A stretch of 64,000 nt of DNA, from NCBI GenBank assembly GCA_012295275.1, contig CM022667.1:16430001-16494000 (forward strand). Reading direction: 5' to 3'. The translations under genes were made by a program, and so were the position numbers. The notes beneath the pieces are model-generated. The model had not been told where the DNA came from. It searched no databases and saw only the letters and a list, made by a program, of their open reading frames with translations. Shown here one piece after another: positions 11,901 to 27,112 of the stretch (positions within the stretch are counted from its first letter, which is position 1; each line of letters opens with the position of its first letter). Origin of the DNA: Chrysomallon squamiferum. Its lineage: Eukaryota; Animalia; Mollusca.

Positions 11901-14900
11901 TTGTTTTATTCTGGTTTCTTCGGACACTCGGCTACATCGATTCGGCTCAATTTGTCGTAACTTGATCTATCGTATGTTAAAACTGAAATTAACATATTCG
12001 TTAATGAAAACAACATTCTTAATTTCATCAGTATTTAATCTTACCGTACATTCAAGCTCTTATTATTTGGCTCTGCTCTCTGTCTAGGCGTCTCACAACT
12101 TCGTTAAATTTCGTTTCTACTCTGGGACTTTCTCGTTCAGATTCGGTTTCGCAAAAGTTCTATTTCCATAAACTATACAGTAGTGTGTGGTAAAATTCAA
12201 TAGCGTTTGGTATTTTACGATTTGATAATTGTAGGATGTATTATAAAGCAGCAAAGCTATTTCGGAACTAAAACATTTATTTTCAATAATACGGTGTTCG
12301 TCAGACGACACTAAAAACGTGATTCAATTTTCAGTTCTTATGGTTTTCATTTCAAAAAATAATTGATAAATTAAGCACTGTCTTACTTGAACAATATCGA
12401 ACATAATAAAGACTTTTTTTTTTTACCCGATACATAATAAGCTGTGTCTTCATCTAATAATAATGATGATGATGATGGTATAGTGGTCTTGTTAATAATA
12501 ATGATGGTGACTGTAATATAATACAAAATAAAACAACAACAAGAACAACAACAATAATAATGATGATGATGATGATGATGATGATGATGTGATGATAATA
12601 ATAATAATAATAATAACGATAATAATAAATAACAATAGAAATAATAACAATAACGATATTAATAACAACAACAGCAATAGTAATAATAATAATTAATTAT
12701 TATTATTATTGGTTATTGTTATTTGTTATTATTATTAATAATATTACTATCATCATGACTATCATCGTCATCTGTATGTTCTATTTTTTTCAAAACAATC
12801 TAAAAATCTATTGTGATTAGATAAAAAATTCGAATCGAGATGATTTAAACAAAACTCTGACCATTATTAATAATTTCCATTAAATTACGGTACCGTTATA
12901 GATTAGATCCACCCTTTATGATTTCATCTCTATTTCTATAATCAATGATTTCCTTTTAATGAAGCAAACAGGCAGAGCAATAAAAACAAACACTGGCAGA
13001 GAAGATTTATATTCTACTCTCCATTAAAGTTCGTACAGGTTCATGTAAACAGTTTTGATAAATATCAATATGTTAAGAGAGTGTAGCCTTGTGGTAATAA
13101 ATTAATAAAAGAATATTTTCAAAATTAAAAGAAAATTGTCAAAACAGAAAATAAAGATAAGAATTAGAAATAATCTCATGCTAAAAAGAAACAGAAGAAA
13201 AAGTAAAGAAGATAATAAGAAAAAGAAAACTCGAAAAATCGAAAGAAAAGAATTACAACTAAAGAAGATGAAATGAAGGAAAAGAAGTGAAACACGAGAA
13301 AACTATGGATGATTAGATATGTGGTAGATAACTTATCAGTTTTCATTAAGTTTTCATCGTTCCACTTAATGCTCAAATTTGGCTGTAACTGAAGTGTTAT
13401 AAACAAGACCAGTGTGTTTCTCGTACCTAAAACTAGCTCATTATTCTCATATTAACCGTTAATGTGAATACAGATACATCATTAAACAACTACATTTTAG
13501 TTTGATTCATCTTTTCCTACTAATTAATTGTTTATTATTTCGCTGCGTACATTTCATTATTTCCGTCTGTTCATTCATTTGTTCAGACAAACATACACAA
13601 ACACACACAAATATTTAAAAAAAAATGAAGAAAAATAGGTCAAAGAAATGTAAGTAATATAACATTTCCCTGAAACTCATCAAATGAGGCAAACCATAAT
13701 GATGTATCTGCAAATTGATTTTGTAATTAAAGCAAAATAATTAATAATTTCTTATCCTCTGTTACTTATCCGTGGTAAAATATTGTCGATAATTTGTTAT
13801 GACAGAGAGTAGTAGTTGTGTGTTTATGAATAAATACACATACTCCACAAACGCAATGTATATTTTAGTTTAGTACATCTTTGTTATTTTGGTGCTATCT
13901 TTCTTTGCATATATGTCTGGTCTGACAAGCATTTGTTACGGTGATCTCTTCGGTCAGTGTCTATTACAGCCAAAAAAACATCATTGTGTGCAAGATCTAA
14001 TGCAGTTCTAAAACAAATGTTCAATAATATTAAAATTCCTATAGTTGTATTTCTTTCTATAATTTCAGAAATAATTAAAATACAGTTCCTGTTCAGAAAT
14101 CTGCAAGAACGATTCTCTAGGTGCATTTAGACCTAAATAGCTGTCATTACAAGACTGACCTGAAAAGAATCTGGTCATTGTATAAAATGATAAGAGTGAA
14201 CGTAAATGATCAAATATGACCAGAAGCATTAAATTACCTTGCAATGTTAAATGCTGATGATTATTTGATGAAGAAAGAGTATATATTTGACTCTATCAAA
14301 GAAATGAACGATCTATCAATGGTAGCTAATAAAATGGATCTAGTAGCATACCATTTAATGAGAGACCTGCAACTCTGTATAGGTTCATTTGGTTGGTGCA
14401 TTTTTCATTACATGTTTATCAGTCATCATTATTTATCCATATTTGTTATTACCATTAGGAAATATTTTAAAGCTTTGTAGTGTTTTATTCAGTATTGTCA
14501 CAGACCATAAAACAAAATAGAGGTTTGTTTCTTTTGTCACAAAATTGTTTAAATCACATCCAAATTGTTGTGATAATCTAAAAACATTTGGTTTCTTAAA
14601 AATCTGTTGCAATGAAATTATTCTTATGCCCTTGAATCTGGTTGATAATTAAAGTGGAAATAATCTGCCATTTTATGGTTTTTATGTTTAAGCATTGAAA
14701 TCATTACATATCTTCACAAATAATACTATTTATGCCACTGTTTGACCAATTTACTACTAACAACTAACAAGAAGAAAAGAAGAAAGAAGAAGAAGAAGAA
14801 GGAGAAGAAGAAGAAGAGAAAAAGAAAGAAACAAACAAAATAAAGAAAAATAAAAATATTCCATTATACTTAAAGTTCATTGGTTGAAGATTTTGTTCAA

Positions 14901-15165
14901 GACTTCACTTTGACGAAAAGGATATGTTTATAAAATAATAGGACAGTCATCAATCATCGCGATATTAAGAAAAAAGTAATCAGAGAAAGAAGAAAAAATA
15001 AACAACTGAATATCATTTGAATCCATTCTATATCACAAAGAAATTAAAAAAAAAAAATATATGTCAAGAAAAAATAATAATTTGGATCAAAAATAGCCAT
15101 AATAAACATAAATGAATGACAAAAGTTACGATGCTGAAGTCAACCCACTTTTAATAAAAACAGAG

Positions 15166-15215
<50 letters not shown>

Positions 15216-18200
15216 AAAGAGAGAGAGACCCAAATAAACTAAATCAGATGTTCTCCAACTCCTGAAATCACGTAGTAGTAGTAGTAGTAATAATAACAAT
15301 AATAATAAATGACAACGATAATGACAATGGGATTAACAAAATTTGGTTATTAAAGAACCACGTACTAAAACCCAGGAATTCTATCACGAAAACAATAATA
15401 ATAATAATAATTAAAACACTGACCATTATGGAACTTTTCTCTTGTTTGACCCTGTTAGATGACACAAAGGTGAAAAGAGATACCTAGTTTGATGAAAATG
15501 AGACGATCCGTCCAATCTAGGTATTACAGTCCATTTAGCATTTCCAGAAGAAACAAGTTATCCACTTTGTTTCAGAGACGAGTGGGTTAAGAAACTTAAA
15601 CTAACCTTGCATCAGATAGCTGCTGGAGATATTTAGTAATTTCCAGCTATAAATATTGGTCCTTAATTGATGACCTTGCAGCTAATACATTATCGTTCCT
15701 GATATTCTGGTACCTTTCAATGAGGGCATTTTGACATAACAAAATAAGTAAATAGGCTCTAGGACACACACACACAGGTGGTATGTGTGTGTGTCTGTGA
15801 GCATGTGGTAAGAGGTCTAGAACTTCATGCATAATGTACATAACATAAAATATATGTGGTGTATATATATATATATATATATACACACACATATACACAT
15901 ATACATACATACATACATGCACTTGCTCACCATATAATTATATATACATAAATTCCACTCAAAAACATATAATTCCATACCTTTCAAAATAATCTGAAAC
16001 AGGCCTTGTAATTTTATTTTCCTATTTTACGATTGAAACTCTTTGTGTATTATTTTGATTCCTTTCATTACTTAGCAAACAAACTGGCCACATCCATTGC
16101 CATACATCAGCAAAATGATATCATATTATTGTAAAACTAATTCCATCTATTAACCTCCTAATAGATACTGAAGAAACAATTAAAATCTGTTTTAATATAA
16201 CCCAATCCAACTAAAACGCAACGTTTATACCCATAGTAGGGCAAAGATATTAAGAAAATATTCCAGGTTTCATTTCAATTAGAAGTGTTTATGGTTGATG
16301 ACATTAATTTGATGCAGTTTAAAATGAACTATTGACAGATGTGGGATTCATAATTAGGTTCAACTCATCTAACTTCATAAAATATATTGAAGCTCAAATA
16401 TTGCAGTTAATAGGTAAATATAAGGTTAGTGATGAATACTAGTAATGCAAGTAAATAGTGAAGGTCGTAGGTTTACAGATACATCCAAACAAATATACGC
16501 CGACACACACACACCAACACACTTGAACATGATGTACATGAACACCAACAATAAGAATATTCCACTATAAACACATTTGTACGTACATACATAAAAACAA
16601 ACACAAAGACATTGACAATATACAAAAAATACACATATCCAGAAAAAATTACAGAAATACAAAACACATACACCCATATACATACACACACATACTCACA
16701 TATACGATGTTATATATTCTGATCCTGCTTTGTGGTATATTATCTTCTCAAACTCTGACAGATCGAGTTTCTACGTGATAACATCATTACCATTCATATT
16801 CCAAAAACATTGTTACCACTAACAGCTTTACACCCGCTTTATCACTGTATATCTGTAACAGCTCATACTTTTCTTTATTCGCTTTTGTTGTTTTCGCATT
16901 TATTGAAAATTAAGAACCTAAAAACGTGACGAAGTTGTATATTAAGTAATTTTGCATAAGTGACGATATGACCCAACGCAGAAGAATGATGGAACTAATG
17001 ATTATTAACAGTAGAGCCACTGTGTACACACATAATCGTTGAACTAACTGTGTATGATTTTTATGTTTGATTTAAAAAATATATATATATAAATAATAAT
17101 AATAATGAAATTAAAGGAAGCAGCACGTCACTTATTTAGATGGTAGTCTATAAAACCAACAGGAACTCTTATGGATTTTGTCCAGAATTCTTCTTCATTC
17201 TTCTTCTTCTCTTCCTCTTCTTCTTCTTCTTCTTCTTCTTCTTCTTCTTCTTCTTCTTTTTCTTATTATTATTATTATTAATATTATTATTAATGGTAAT
17301 GGTAATTAGGTAAAACCATCATTTACAAATCATTTTAATTCTGATGTTCGTTTGCAATGTCCACTCATTTATGATCTATGAACCAGTCTTGAACGGGAAA
17401 ACATACAAAAATACAAAAAACAACAAAAACACTCTGACATTATTGTTGTGTCATTTAAATCAGTCTATGCGACATACGTGTTTTTATTACAAAAATATAC
17501 TACATTTCTGCTACATTTTTTGAGAAAATCCTGAACATAAAATATAACTGTCAATTGTTGTTTTGAACATAGAAATATTGTTATTTATATTCGCCAATAA
17601 AATCAGTAATGTTATCTTTCTTTTGCCTAAAATCAGGATATCTGCAAAGAATATTAACTTAGTTAAGAATGACTACAAACTCGAAGTAAACCTATATCAT
17701 TTTATTGAACGCAAATGGAAAATATAACGGTAAAATAAGCCAATAATTTTCCCTTTGACAATAATCATGTGAATACCAGTGAGGTGCTGCTATGTCTTAG
17801 TACGTCGGTGCTTGCGTGAATTTGTGCATTTACATTTCCTTATTACGTCATGAATTGATATTATCGATGAGTTGAGGTACAGATATTGTCGTGAACGAAA
17901 TCTGAAAGTGTAACACACACTCGCCGCGCGCGCGCGCTCACACCGATACACATACATTGGTGGTGTGGTTGTTATCATTTCAGTTTTTGTTCCATTGTCG
18001 TCTTCGTTGTTATTGTTATAAACACAGCTTCAGAAAAACGTTCTAAACTTTCTAACCCTATTTTTGACATTTATATTATTTTAACTTTTACTTACGTACA
18101 TTTATTTTCACTCAACTGCGAATAATAAAAAAAATAATAATTAAAAAAGTATCCTTAGGCAATCTTTCGATGACAGAAACACCTAACAGATAAAAATAAC

Positions 18201-18426
18201 TGCATGATATATTTGACGTACGACCGTTTATTATGCTGACTCATTTTAAGTGAGAAGTTGATAGAGTACATTAGACGGACATTTGTAGGTCATTTGTATA
18301 AGAAAACAAAATGGCGTTTATATTTGAATTACTTCATGCGGTAATATTGACATACTCAGATTTATGAAAACGACCACGGCAGCGGTGATGATGATAATGA
18401 TAATTAAAAAAAAAAGAAAAAAAAAG

Positions 18427-18485
<59 letters not shown>

Positions 18486-18689
18486 TGTAACAGCAACAAC
18501 AACAGCAAAAACGGACATAACAAGAACAATAACAACAACAACAATAATCTGATTATGATATGAAATGATATAAATTGATACGATATTATTTTTATATGCT
18601 ATATAATTATGATACAGAACAATACAACTTAACGGAACACAGTATAGTTTATTATTAGAGAGTACACGATAATAAAGCTTACAGTAGCA

Positions 18690-19130
18690 CAGCATGACAC
18701 AGCAGAGTATAATACAGTGTGGTGTAGTGTGGTATAATATATAGCATAGGTTTTAGTTTTACGCCACTGGTATAATATAGTATAGTGTAGTACAGAATAA
18801 TGTAGCATAGTATAGCACAGTATCATACAACGTAGCATATTGTAGTCTAGAAAAGTATAATATAGTATATTGTAGTATAAAATAGTATGATATAGTATAG
18901 TTAGTATATCAGATAATAATAATGCATAGTATAGTACGGTGTAGCATAGTATAGTATAAAATGATATAGTATAGCATAGTGTAGTGTAGTAGAGTATATA
19001 GTAAATTTTAGTATGGTGTAGTATAGTATAGTGTAAAATAGTGCAGTATAGTGTAATATAGTAAAATGTGATGTTGCATAGTGTAGTATAGTATAGATTA
19101 GATTAATATAGTATAGTATAGTATAAATCA
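18690..19130. repeat. Degenerate (TAGTA/TAGTG)n pentanucleotide repeat
   Basis: Visible 5-bp periodicity just upstream of the first visible CA exon. Confidence 0.85.
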
Positions 19131-19171
19131 TATATGACTAGACTTTTTGCTTATATATGATTTAATTACAG

Positions 19172-19600
19172 GGCCATCCACATGGGTCAAATCTTACAAA
19201 CATGCTTGTGGATCGGAACAATCGCCTATCGATATACAGAAAAACCGCATAACCTTTGACCCGACCCTCTCGAAAAATCCGCTTGTGATCAAGTACCAGC
19301 CAGAAAAGGAGTTGGAGATCACAAATAATGGACACTCAGTTCAAATAAACATTAAACAACAATCAAGTAAGTCACAAGATTAGCAGACTGACAGTCAGAC
19401 AGACAGATAGATAGATAGATTATTAGACAGATAGATAGAAAGACACAGACAGACATATAGGTACAGACAGTTTAAGGATGGATGACGGGTGGAATGAATG
19501 AATGATGGACGGATGGAAGGAAGGAAATATGGACGGATGGAAGGAAGGAATAATGTACGGATGGATTCAAAGACATAAATAGACAAAGAAAGAGAAAGAG

Positions 19601-19682
<82 letters not shown>

Positions 19683-20165
19683 GTTTATATATAAATATAT
19701 ATATGTGTGTGTGTGTGTGTGAGTGTGCGTGTACTCATTGTTTTCTGTTTGATATATCGTGATATATATATTTATCATACATTATAAAATCCTCAAAATT
19801 TATAATTTAAAAAAAATTAATTAATAATAAATAAATGAAATATGTACTCCAGTGAAGTGAAGTAACATACAATGTTTCGGCAAAAAAGAGATTATTCTAA
19901 TTTGTGTTTCAGCCATCAAAGGAGGACCTCTTCAGCATGAGTACCGCCTAGCACAGTTCCACTATCACTGGGGCTCAGACAACACCAAGGGCTCGGAACA
20001 TACAGTAGACGGAAAGACCTACCCAGCGGAGGTGCTTATTTATTTATTTAATAGTTTATTTATTAGTTTTTTTATTAATATTATAATAAATTATGTATTT
20101 ATTGCTAATGTTGTTATAGTTGTTGTTATTATTATTATTTTTATTATATTATTATTATTATTTAG

Positions 20166-20231
<66 letters not shown>

Positions 20232-21404
20232 CCTCCCTCCCTCTTTCTCTTTATTTCTTTGAGTGTGTGTGTGTGTGTGTGTATGTGTATTCCTTTACTT
20301 ATAATTCCTATCAACAAATAAATGACACTTTACAATTACTTTTCATAACAGCTACATCTTGTACATTGGAATCAAGATAAATACAAAACGATGGCTGATG
20401 CTGTGGACAAGCCAGATGGTCTTGCAGTTTTAGGAATTCTGTTCAAAGTAATTTTTCTTTGTAATTAGTACTTGTATTATTGGGTAATAAAATTTAATAG
20501 TCACGGTTGCCATTTATACAAAGACATGCAACGCACATAAATAAATTCACACACGCAAACACACACACATACACACACATGTATTTGAGTATGTAGTAAA
20601 AACAAAATTCTGGTTACATAAATAAGTATCGAATGAGAGGAATTCAAAATCTTCTACTCGGTTCCGAGTGCATACACACACACACATACGTGCATACACA
20701 TACACATACACAGATACACACATACACTCACACATACATACAAACATACGTACACTGAAATGCACACGTACAGTACATTATAAAATCACACACACCAACA
20801 CACGCACTCAGACACATATATGTACTTTGATATAGTTATTTATTTATTTATTTATTTATTAAGGTTGGCAAGGAACATCCTGGATTTAAGATGATCACTG
20901 AAAATGTATCTAAGATCAAGTTCAAAGGAAAGTCGGTTCACGTGCAGGGATCCTTCAATCCACAACGCTTACTTCCACGTACGTCATTGCTGACTTTGTT
21001 AATAATGTTGTCGATGGTGTTTATGTTGCACATTTTTGATTCCGTTACATCTGAAATTTAAATGAACAAGATGACGACAGTGATGATGATGATGACGTCG
21101 ATGATGATGATGACAATGACGACGACGACGATAATGATGATGATTATATTTTTGCATGTACCATTATTTTATTTTTATTGTTATTATTATAATCGCAGTT
21201 GTACTTTGTTGTTATTTTTTTTTTATTGGTTTTTTTATTGTTACTATTAGTATTACTGTCATGACAGTTAATTTAAAAAATAATAAAAAAAGTACTTAGC
21301 TTAGAGCGGAAGTGAAAGCATTTTTTTTTTTAAATCTTATGTACATGTTCATATATTTCTACTTCTTCATCATCCTTTTTCTTTCTTTTTTTTCATTATT
21401 ATTT

Positions 21405-21452
<48 letters not shown>

Positions 21453-21971
21453 TTATCAGAAAACGTCAACAAGTACTGGACATACCATGGCTCTCTGACC
21501 ACGCCTCCTTGTTACGAAAGTATTTCGTGGATTGTGTTTCAAGAACTTGTAGAAATCTCAGAAGACCAGGTATGTAAAGAACAAAACGTTATTTTAAAAA
21601 AATTATAATAAAAACATTAAAATAAAACTACTTCTCAATTTGTATTTATTTATACTTGGACATTTATAGTTCTGAAAAAAATAATTTCAAATATATTTGT
21701 TTTAATTTTAAATTACCGTGTAATCGGAATTTTTCAAAAACAGAGCAGTGATATATTTTTTTAATTATTATTTTTGGTTAATTTCATTGTTTCATGGATA
21801 GTTGTCCATTACTAATATATTTATTAGTGTATAATTATTATTTTATTATTTTTTAAGATAAAAACTCTACGCGGTTTGTTCTGCAATGAATGTGAGGGAG
21901 AGCATATGGTGGACAACTTCCGGCCACCACTTCCGTTGGGCTCTCGGAACGTTAGATCTTCCACAGAGTAG
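19172..21971 (+). CDS. Alpha-carbonic anhydrase, probably cytosolic; exons 19172-19366, 19913-20031, 20352-20447, 20864-20978, 21460-21569, 21858-21971; short first exon not located
   Basis: In-phase GT-AG splicing gives QSPIDI, NNGHSV (proton-shuttle His), QFHYHWG and AELHLVHW (three Zn-binding His), [20 protein letters not shown] and DNFRP, then TAG at 21969-21971. About 249 codons; no C-terminal TM/GPI tail. Confidence 0.95.
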
Positions 21972-23018
21972 AAGATTTCGAATTCCTCTCATTCGATCCT
22001 TATTTATGTAACCAGAATTTTGTTGTTTTCACAGCAGTTAGTACAGTCTCAAGGACATATTGTGATATTCTTAGTTTAATATGCAAAGAGCGGGTTCAGA
22101 TAATCACTGTAATCGGAGAATTGATTATTGATTATATAAGGACCTCGTGGAATATATACATGTATATTAAAGAATAGAGAAGAAGAAAAAAGAAAGAAAA
22201 CAAAGAAAGAAATCTCTGACTTTACACGAACACGTTAGAGAAAATAAGATTTTTAAAAATCTCACTTAAAAGAAAATACAGTCTCCTTTAGCGGTTCCAC
22301 GTGAAAAGTCAATAACTAGCATTTATGATGTTTTAAAATCAGTGTCGTTTTGGTTTAGCACTACAGTGTTTGGAAACTATTTGTATTTAATTAATTTATT
22401 AATATTTAGTGTATAATTCTAAGCAAGGTAGAAGGTTAGAAGCAGCAGCACGTAACATACAGAAACATAGATATTAAAGAGTATTGCAGTGATCCACAAC
22501 AGATACAGAGGAAAAAGATATGAATAAATTAAATATAAGTAGATGTAGTAATACATTAAAAAGACTGAAATATAATTTAAGAGAAAATGGTGACGCATAG
22601 ACCGATATAAAAATTCCAAACTGACTGAGTACAGAATTACAATGAGAAACAGACAAAGAGAAAAAAATGTTTTATCGTCAACCTATCAATCTGATGAGAT
22701 AATAATTTCTTCTTGCGCAAATAGAGACAAACGGAATACAGGATACAAATAAAGAGTCAGTATTATAAATTATAAGAAATGTACTACATACAGAGAGAGG
22801 AAAGCAGGTTAACTAATAAAAATAAACATTATTCAAAATATACTGATAGTTTGAAATTCACCTTGTTACATAATAGATAAATGTTGATGAGCTCTTTCTT
22901 AGATAAATATTGTTATCAGTTGTTGATTGTTAAACGGTACGTAGAATAGTTATTTACATTACGTTGTTTTAATGCAATTGTTAAGCAAAATTGTTTAAAA
23001 TATTTTCAGAATTGTTAA

Positions 23019-23056
<38 letters not shown>

Positions 23057-23706
23057 GTACTTTTAATCAATTATTATCCTATGGCTATTATTGCTGATGT
23101 TGTTTTTGTTTCACAGATTAATTAGAAAGTAAATTTCCACTTATAAGCATGCATGTCATCACAGTGTATTTATAAGATTAAACGGAACATAGTCTCACAA
23201 CTGATTTGTTTGTTTTATATATAAATTATGATAGAGAAATCAAGAGAAAAGTTATCTCGTTTCTATCTAACTGGGTGAATGAATTGATTAAATTAGTGAA
23301 TAACACGGCGAATACAATGAATAAATGAATGAATTTAAGGAAGAATAAAATTTGTATAATTCCTTCATACAGACTTACTACATATCAAACATATTCTAAA
23401 GGAATTTTTTTTTTTTTTTAACACCATCTATTTCTAACAGTATGACATATTAAGGCGACCGTTTTTAAGGGGTGGGAGGGAGGAAAAAGGAAGCACAATG
23501 TTTTCAACAGATCTATCCCTGGTTATATATTGTGTGTGTGTGCGTGTGTGTGTGTGTGTGTGTGAAAGTGAGTGTGTGTGTATGTTGTATATACGTACAT
23601 ACATACATGCATGCATATAATTTTATTGTACATACATATGAACCTACATACACGCAAAAAGCAGGGAGAAGTGAATACCCTCGGCTACTGAGCAATTTTT
23701 AAAGGT

Positions 23707-23873
23707 TGTCTCAGTCACTTAATGATAGTGTCGTTTGCCCCCGGAGTGCGGGCGACTGGGTGTCATGCGTTCCAGTCTCGTCAGCGGAATATCATACTTG
23801 TGAGGTTCTGACTGGGTTTCCTCCTCCTGTGCGTTCCAGTATTAAGACAACACAGCGTTCATTCCTAAATACA
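23707..23873 (+). mobile_element. Possible degenerate SINE (duplicate of 1074-1240)
   Basis: Near-identical to the copy-A element. Confidence 0.35.
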
Positions 23874-24319
23874 CTCATACAAAGAGACACATAGATATAA
23901 ACCAATGACATGTATAATGTATAAACAAATTTATTGGGTGTATAAATTCAACATGTAACAAATGCATCGTGATTTTAAACTGAGCTTTAAAAATGAGCTT
24001 TGTTAAATATGCAAAACATGCCGTAAAGTTCACTGTACATATATAGTAAATATTTTTAAATTGAAAATAATAATTAGAAAACTGAAACATCTTTTTCTGT
24101 TTTATGTTATAATAAACATCAAAGGCACAATCAAAATATTATTTATATGTAATATTAGAAATAAAAGAATGATTAAGTTAACCAAATAAAAAAAAATTAG
24201 ATTATCAACATAAAATATGCGTGAGACAACTGACTAATAATAATAATAAAATAATAATAATGCCAAAAAAAACAAATTATTTATATTTATGTAGATAAAA
24301 TTATAAAATTTTAAAATTT

Positions 24320-24418
<99 letters not shown>

Positions 24419-24818
24419 ACATTTATCGTAAGCGGAAACAGTTTGAAGTATACGTTAGGAAAATTGAAGATAATAATTTAAATATATTTTGTAACCTCCG
24501 ATGTTTACTTTCTCAAGATTTTCTATTTTTATTTTTTTATTTTAACTTACTATTAATATATATATATATATATATTTTCTAAATTACTGGGTGATGTCAT
24601 TATTTCTATAGTAGTGATATCATTGTTGGCAATGCGGTCTGTTTGCTCTCAAGTTAATATGCCATGTTACTACCATACATTGTCATGTGCGATCAAAGAC
24701 AGCACAACACAACAAAATAGTAACTTTGAAGTATAGAAAAATTTATTATATATTTATTTACACCTTTAAAAATACATTTTAAACGTTTAGTTATAAGATG
24801 AATTATTCAAAAACAATT

Positions 24819-24889
24819 TGCATCGACCGGGAATCGAACCCGGGTCACCCGCGTGGCAGGCGAGTATTCTACCACTAGACCACCGATGC
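24819..24889 (-). tRNA. tRNA-Gly(GCC)
   Basis: Identical 71-nt sequence to 2243-2313. Confidence 0.93.
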
Positions 24890-25448
24890 TTACATTTTAA
24901 CGAGTTTGAATTTGTCTTGACACTATTTTGAGTTCTACGTTCTCTGCTTTGCTTGACCTAAGTACCCATATCACTATACTAGTGCAGAAAATAAGTCATT
25001 CATTAGGATAAGACCTCTTACGTTCTGAAATTGAATCGTCGGAGAAGTTGCTATCGAAAGCTACTTGGAAATAGGAAAGAAAACTAAACTTTTTTTTTTT
25101 TTTTTTGCTCTATAATAAACTTTTATCTGTGCCGGCTGATAAAACAGGCTTTCAGAACGACACACCCAGAATGTAAGCAGGCTCTTGGGACTGATATACT
25201 AATTGTTGTTTCTGAAATTTCTAACGTACAGAACATTACTAGTAATTTCAGTTTATACAGTTTGAAAAGGCAACGAAGCTTGTGTGTTGTATTTTTTTTT
25301 TTTTTTTTATCATAAACTGTTTACAAATAATTACTTAATTAATAATATTATTGACTTTTAAGATTCGATTATGTTTTAATATCAGTCTCATTACTTTTAT
25401 GACAGATTTAGAAATACTATAATCATAATTTCGAGTTTATCGTTGTTA

Positions 25449-25510
<62 letters not shown>

Positions 25511-25604
25511 GTAGTAGTAGTAACAGAGTTGCGTCCCTTGCATTGTGACTCGACACGCTAGCTTTCATTGCCACTATTCTTAATTTTCGTTTGACGTTTC
25601 TGTA

Positions 25605-25775
25605 TTATCGTGTGGTCAGAATTTGTTTGAATTCTGAAAATAAAAGAATATATATATATATATATACATTAATAATAATAATAATAGAACAAATGAGTTA
25701 TATGAGTGTGTGTGTGTGTGTGTGTGTGTGTTTTATAGTGTTAAGTGTATGGTTTTGTCTCTTGAGCATTAATAA

Positions 25776-25838
<63 letters not shown>

Positions 25839-25959
25839 GAGACAGAGAGACTGAGAGAGAGACAGAGAGAGACAGAGAGAGAGACAGAGACAGAGAGAGA
25901 GAGAGACAGGCAGAGAGACAGAGAGACTGAGAGAGAGACAGAGAGAGACAGACAGAGAC

Positions 25960-26014
<55 letters not shown>

Positions 26015-26032
26015 CAGAGAGAGAGAGAGACT

Positions 26033-26129
<97 letters not shown>

Positions 26130-26598
26130 ACCAATATAATCAACTTTGCCATCACAGTTCAGATCCGCTTCATGCACCATTTCTTCAGCTTCTTTCTGAA
26201 ATAAATCAATAAATAAATAAATAAATAATGATAAGTAAGTAATGATATTTGAATAACATAGAAAGAATCAGCAACTGTAATAACAACAGATGGATTATTG
26301 TCATCATTATAATTATCATCGACAATAATAACAGTAATAACAGCAGCAAAAACAACAAGAACAGTAAATAAAAATGTAACTACCATAGACCTGATAAAAG
26401 TTTATCTATTAGCTATTAGTAAAACGCAATAATATTATGTCGTCATGAACGCGCGTTTTATTTTGTTGTATTTGTTTGTTGTTGTTTTTTTACAGATATT
26501 CGGAAAGCACATATACAGGTCAACGTTTTATTTTAATGAACGGTAAGGTCAAACATTTCTGCTACTATTACTACTACTGCTAATGCTACTACTACTAT

Positions 26599-26630
<32 letters not shown>

Positions 26631-27036
26631 ACAATAATAATAATAACAGCTTTTTTCTTACCTTTGTAATTTTTTCTCCTAATTTGTCGAGAATTTCATA
26701 AAGGTCAGAAGGAGTTATAAAGCCATCCTTGTCTTTATCAAAAGCGCGAAAAACCTCGTGCAACTCCTTTTCGGGGTCCATCGTTACTTTCCGGGCAAAG
26801 ATGTCAACGAACTCGTCAAAGTCAATCGTCCCGCTTCCTACGAACAAAAAAAAAAAAATAAAAAAAAAATAAAAAGAAATAAATAAAAAATTGATGATGT
26901 AGTAATTATATAATATTTCTTCAACAACAAAGACTACAAAAACCGAAACGACAAAATCATCAATAACAGTTACCGCTACAACTACTTCAATTATTACCTC
27001 TACAGCCGGAGCTATCAATACTTCTGGTATTACAGT

Positions 27037-27112
<76 letters not shown>

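Noticed and set aside
10200-14750. Possible decayed DNA-transposon coding remnants (e.g. ORF 14244-14480) and a short palindrome near 11807-11831
   Set aside because: No diagnostic motif I can support without a database search.
19172-21971. Nacrein or secreted CA
   Set aside because: No Gly-Asn repeat insertion and no C-terminal anchor; the N-terminal Cys is one residue off the position of the secreted-CA disulfide.
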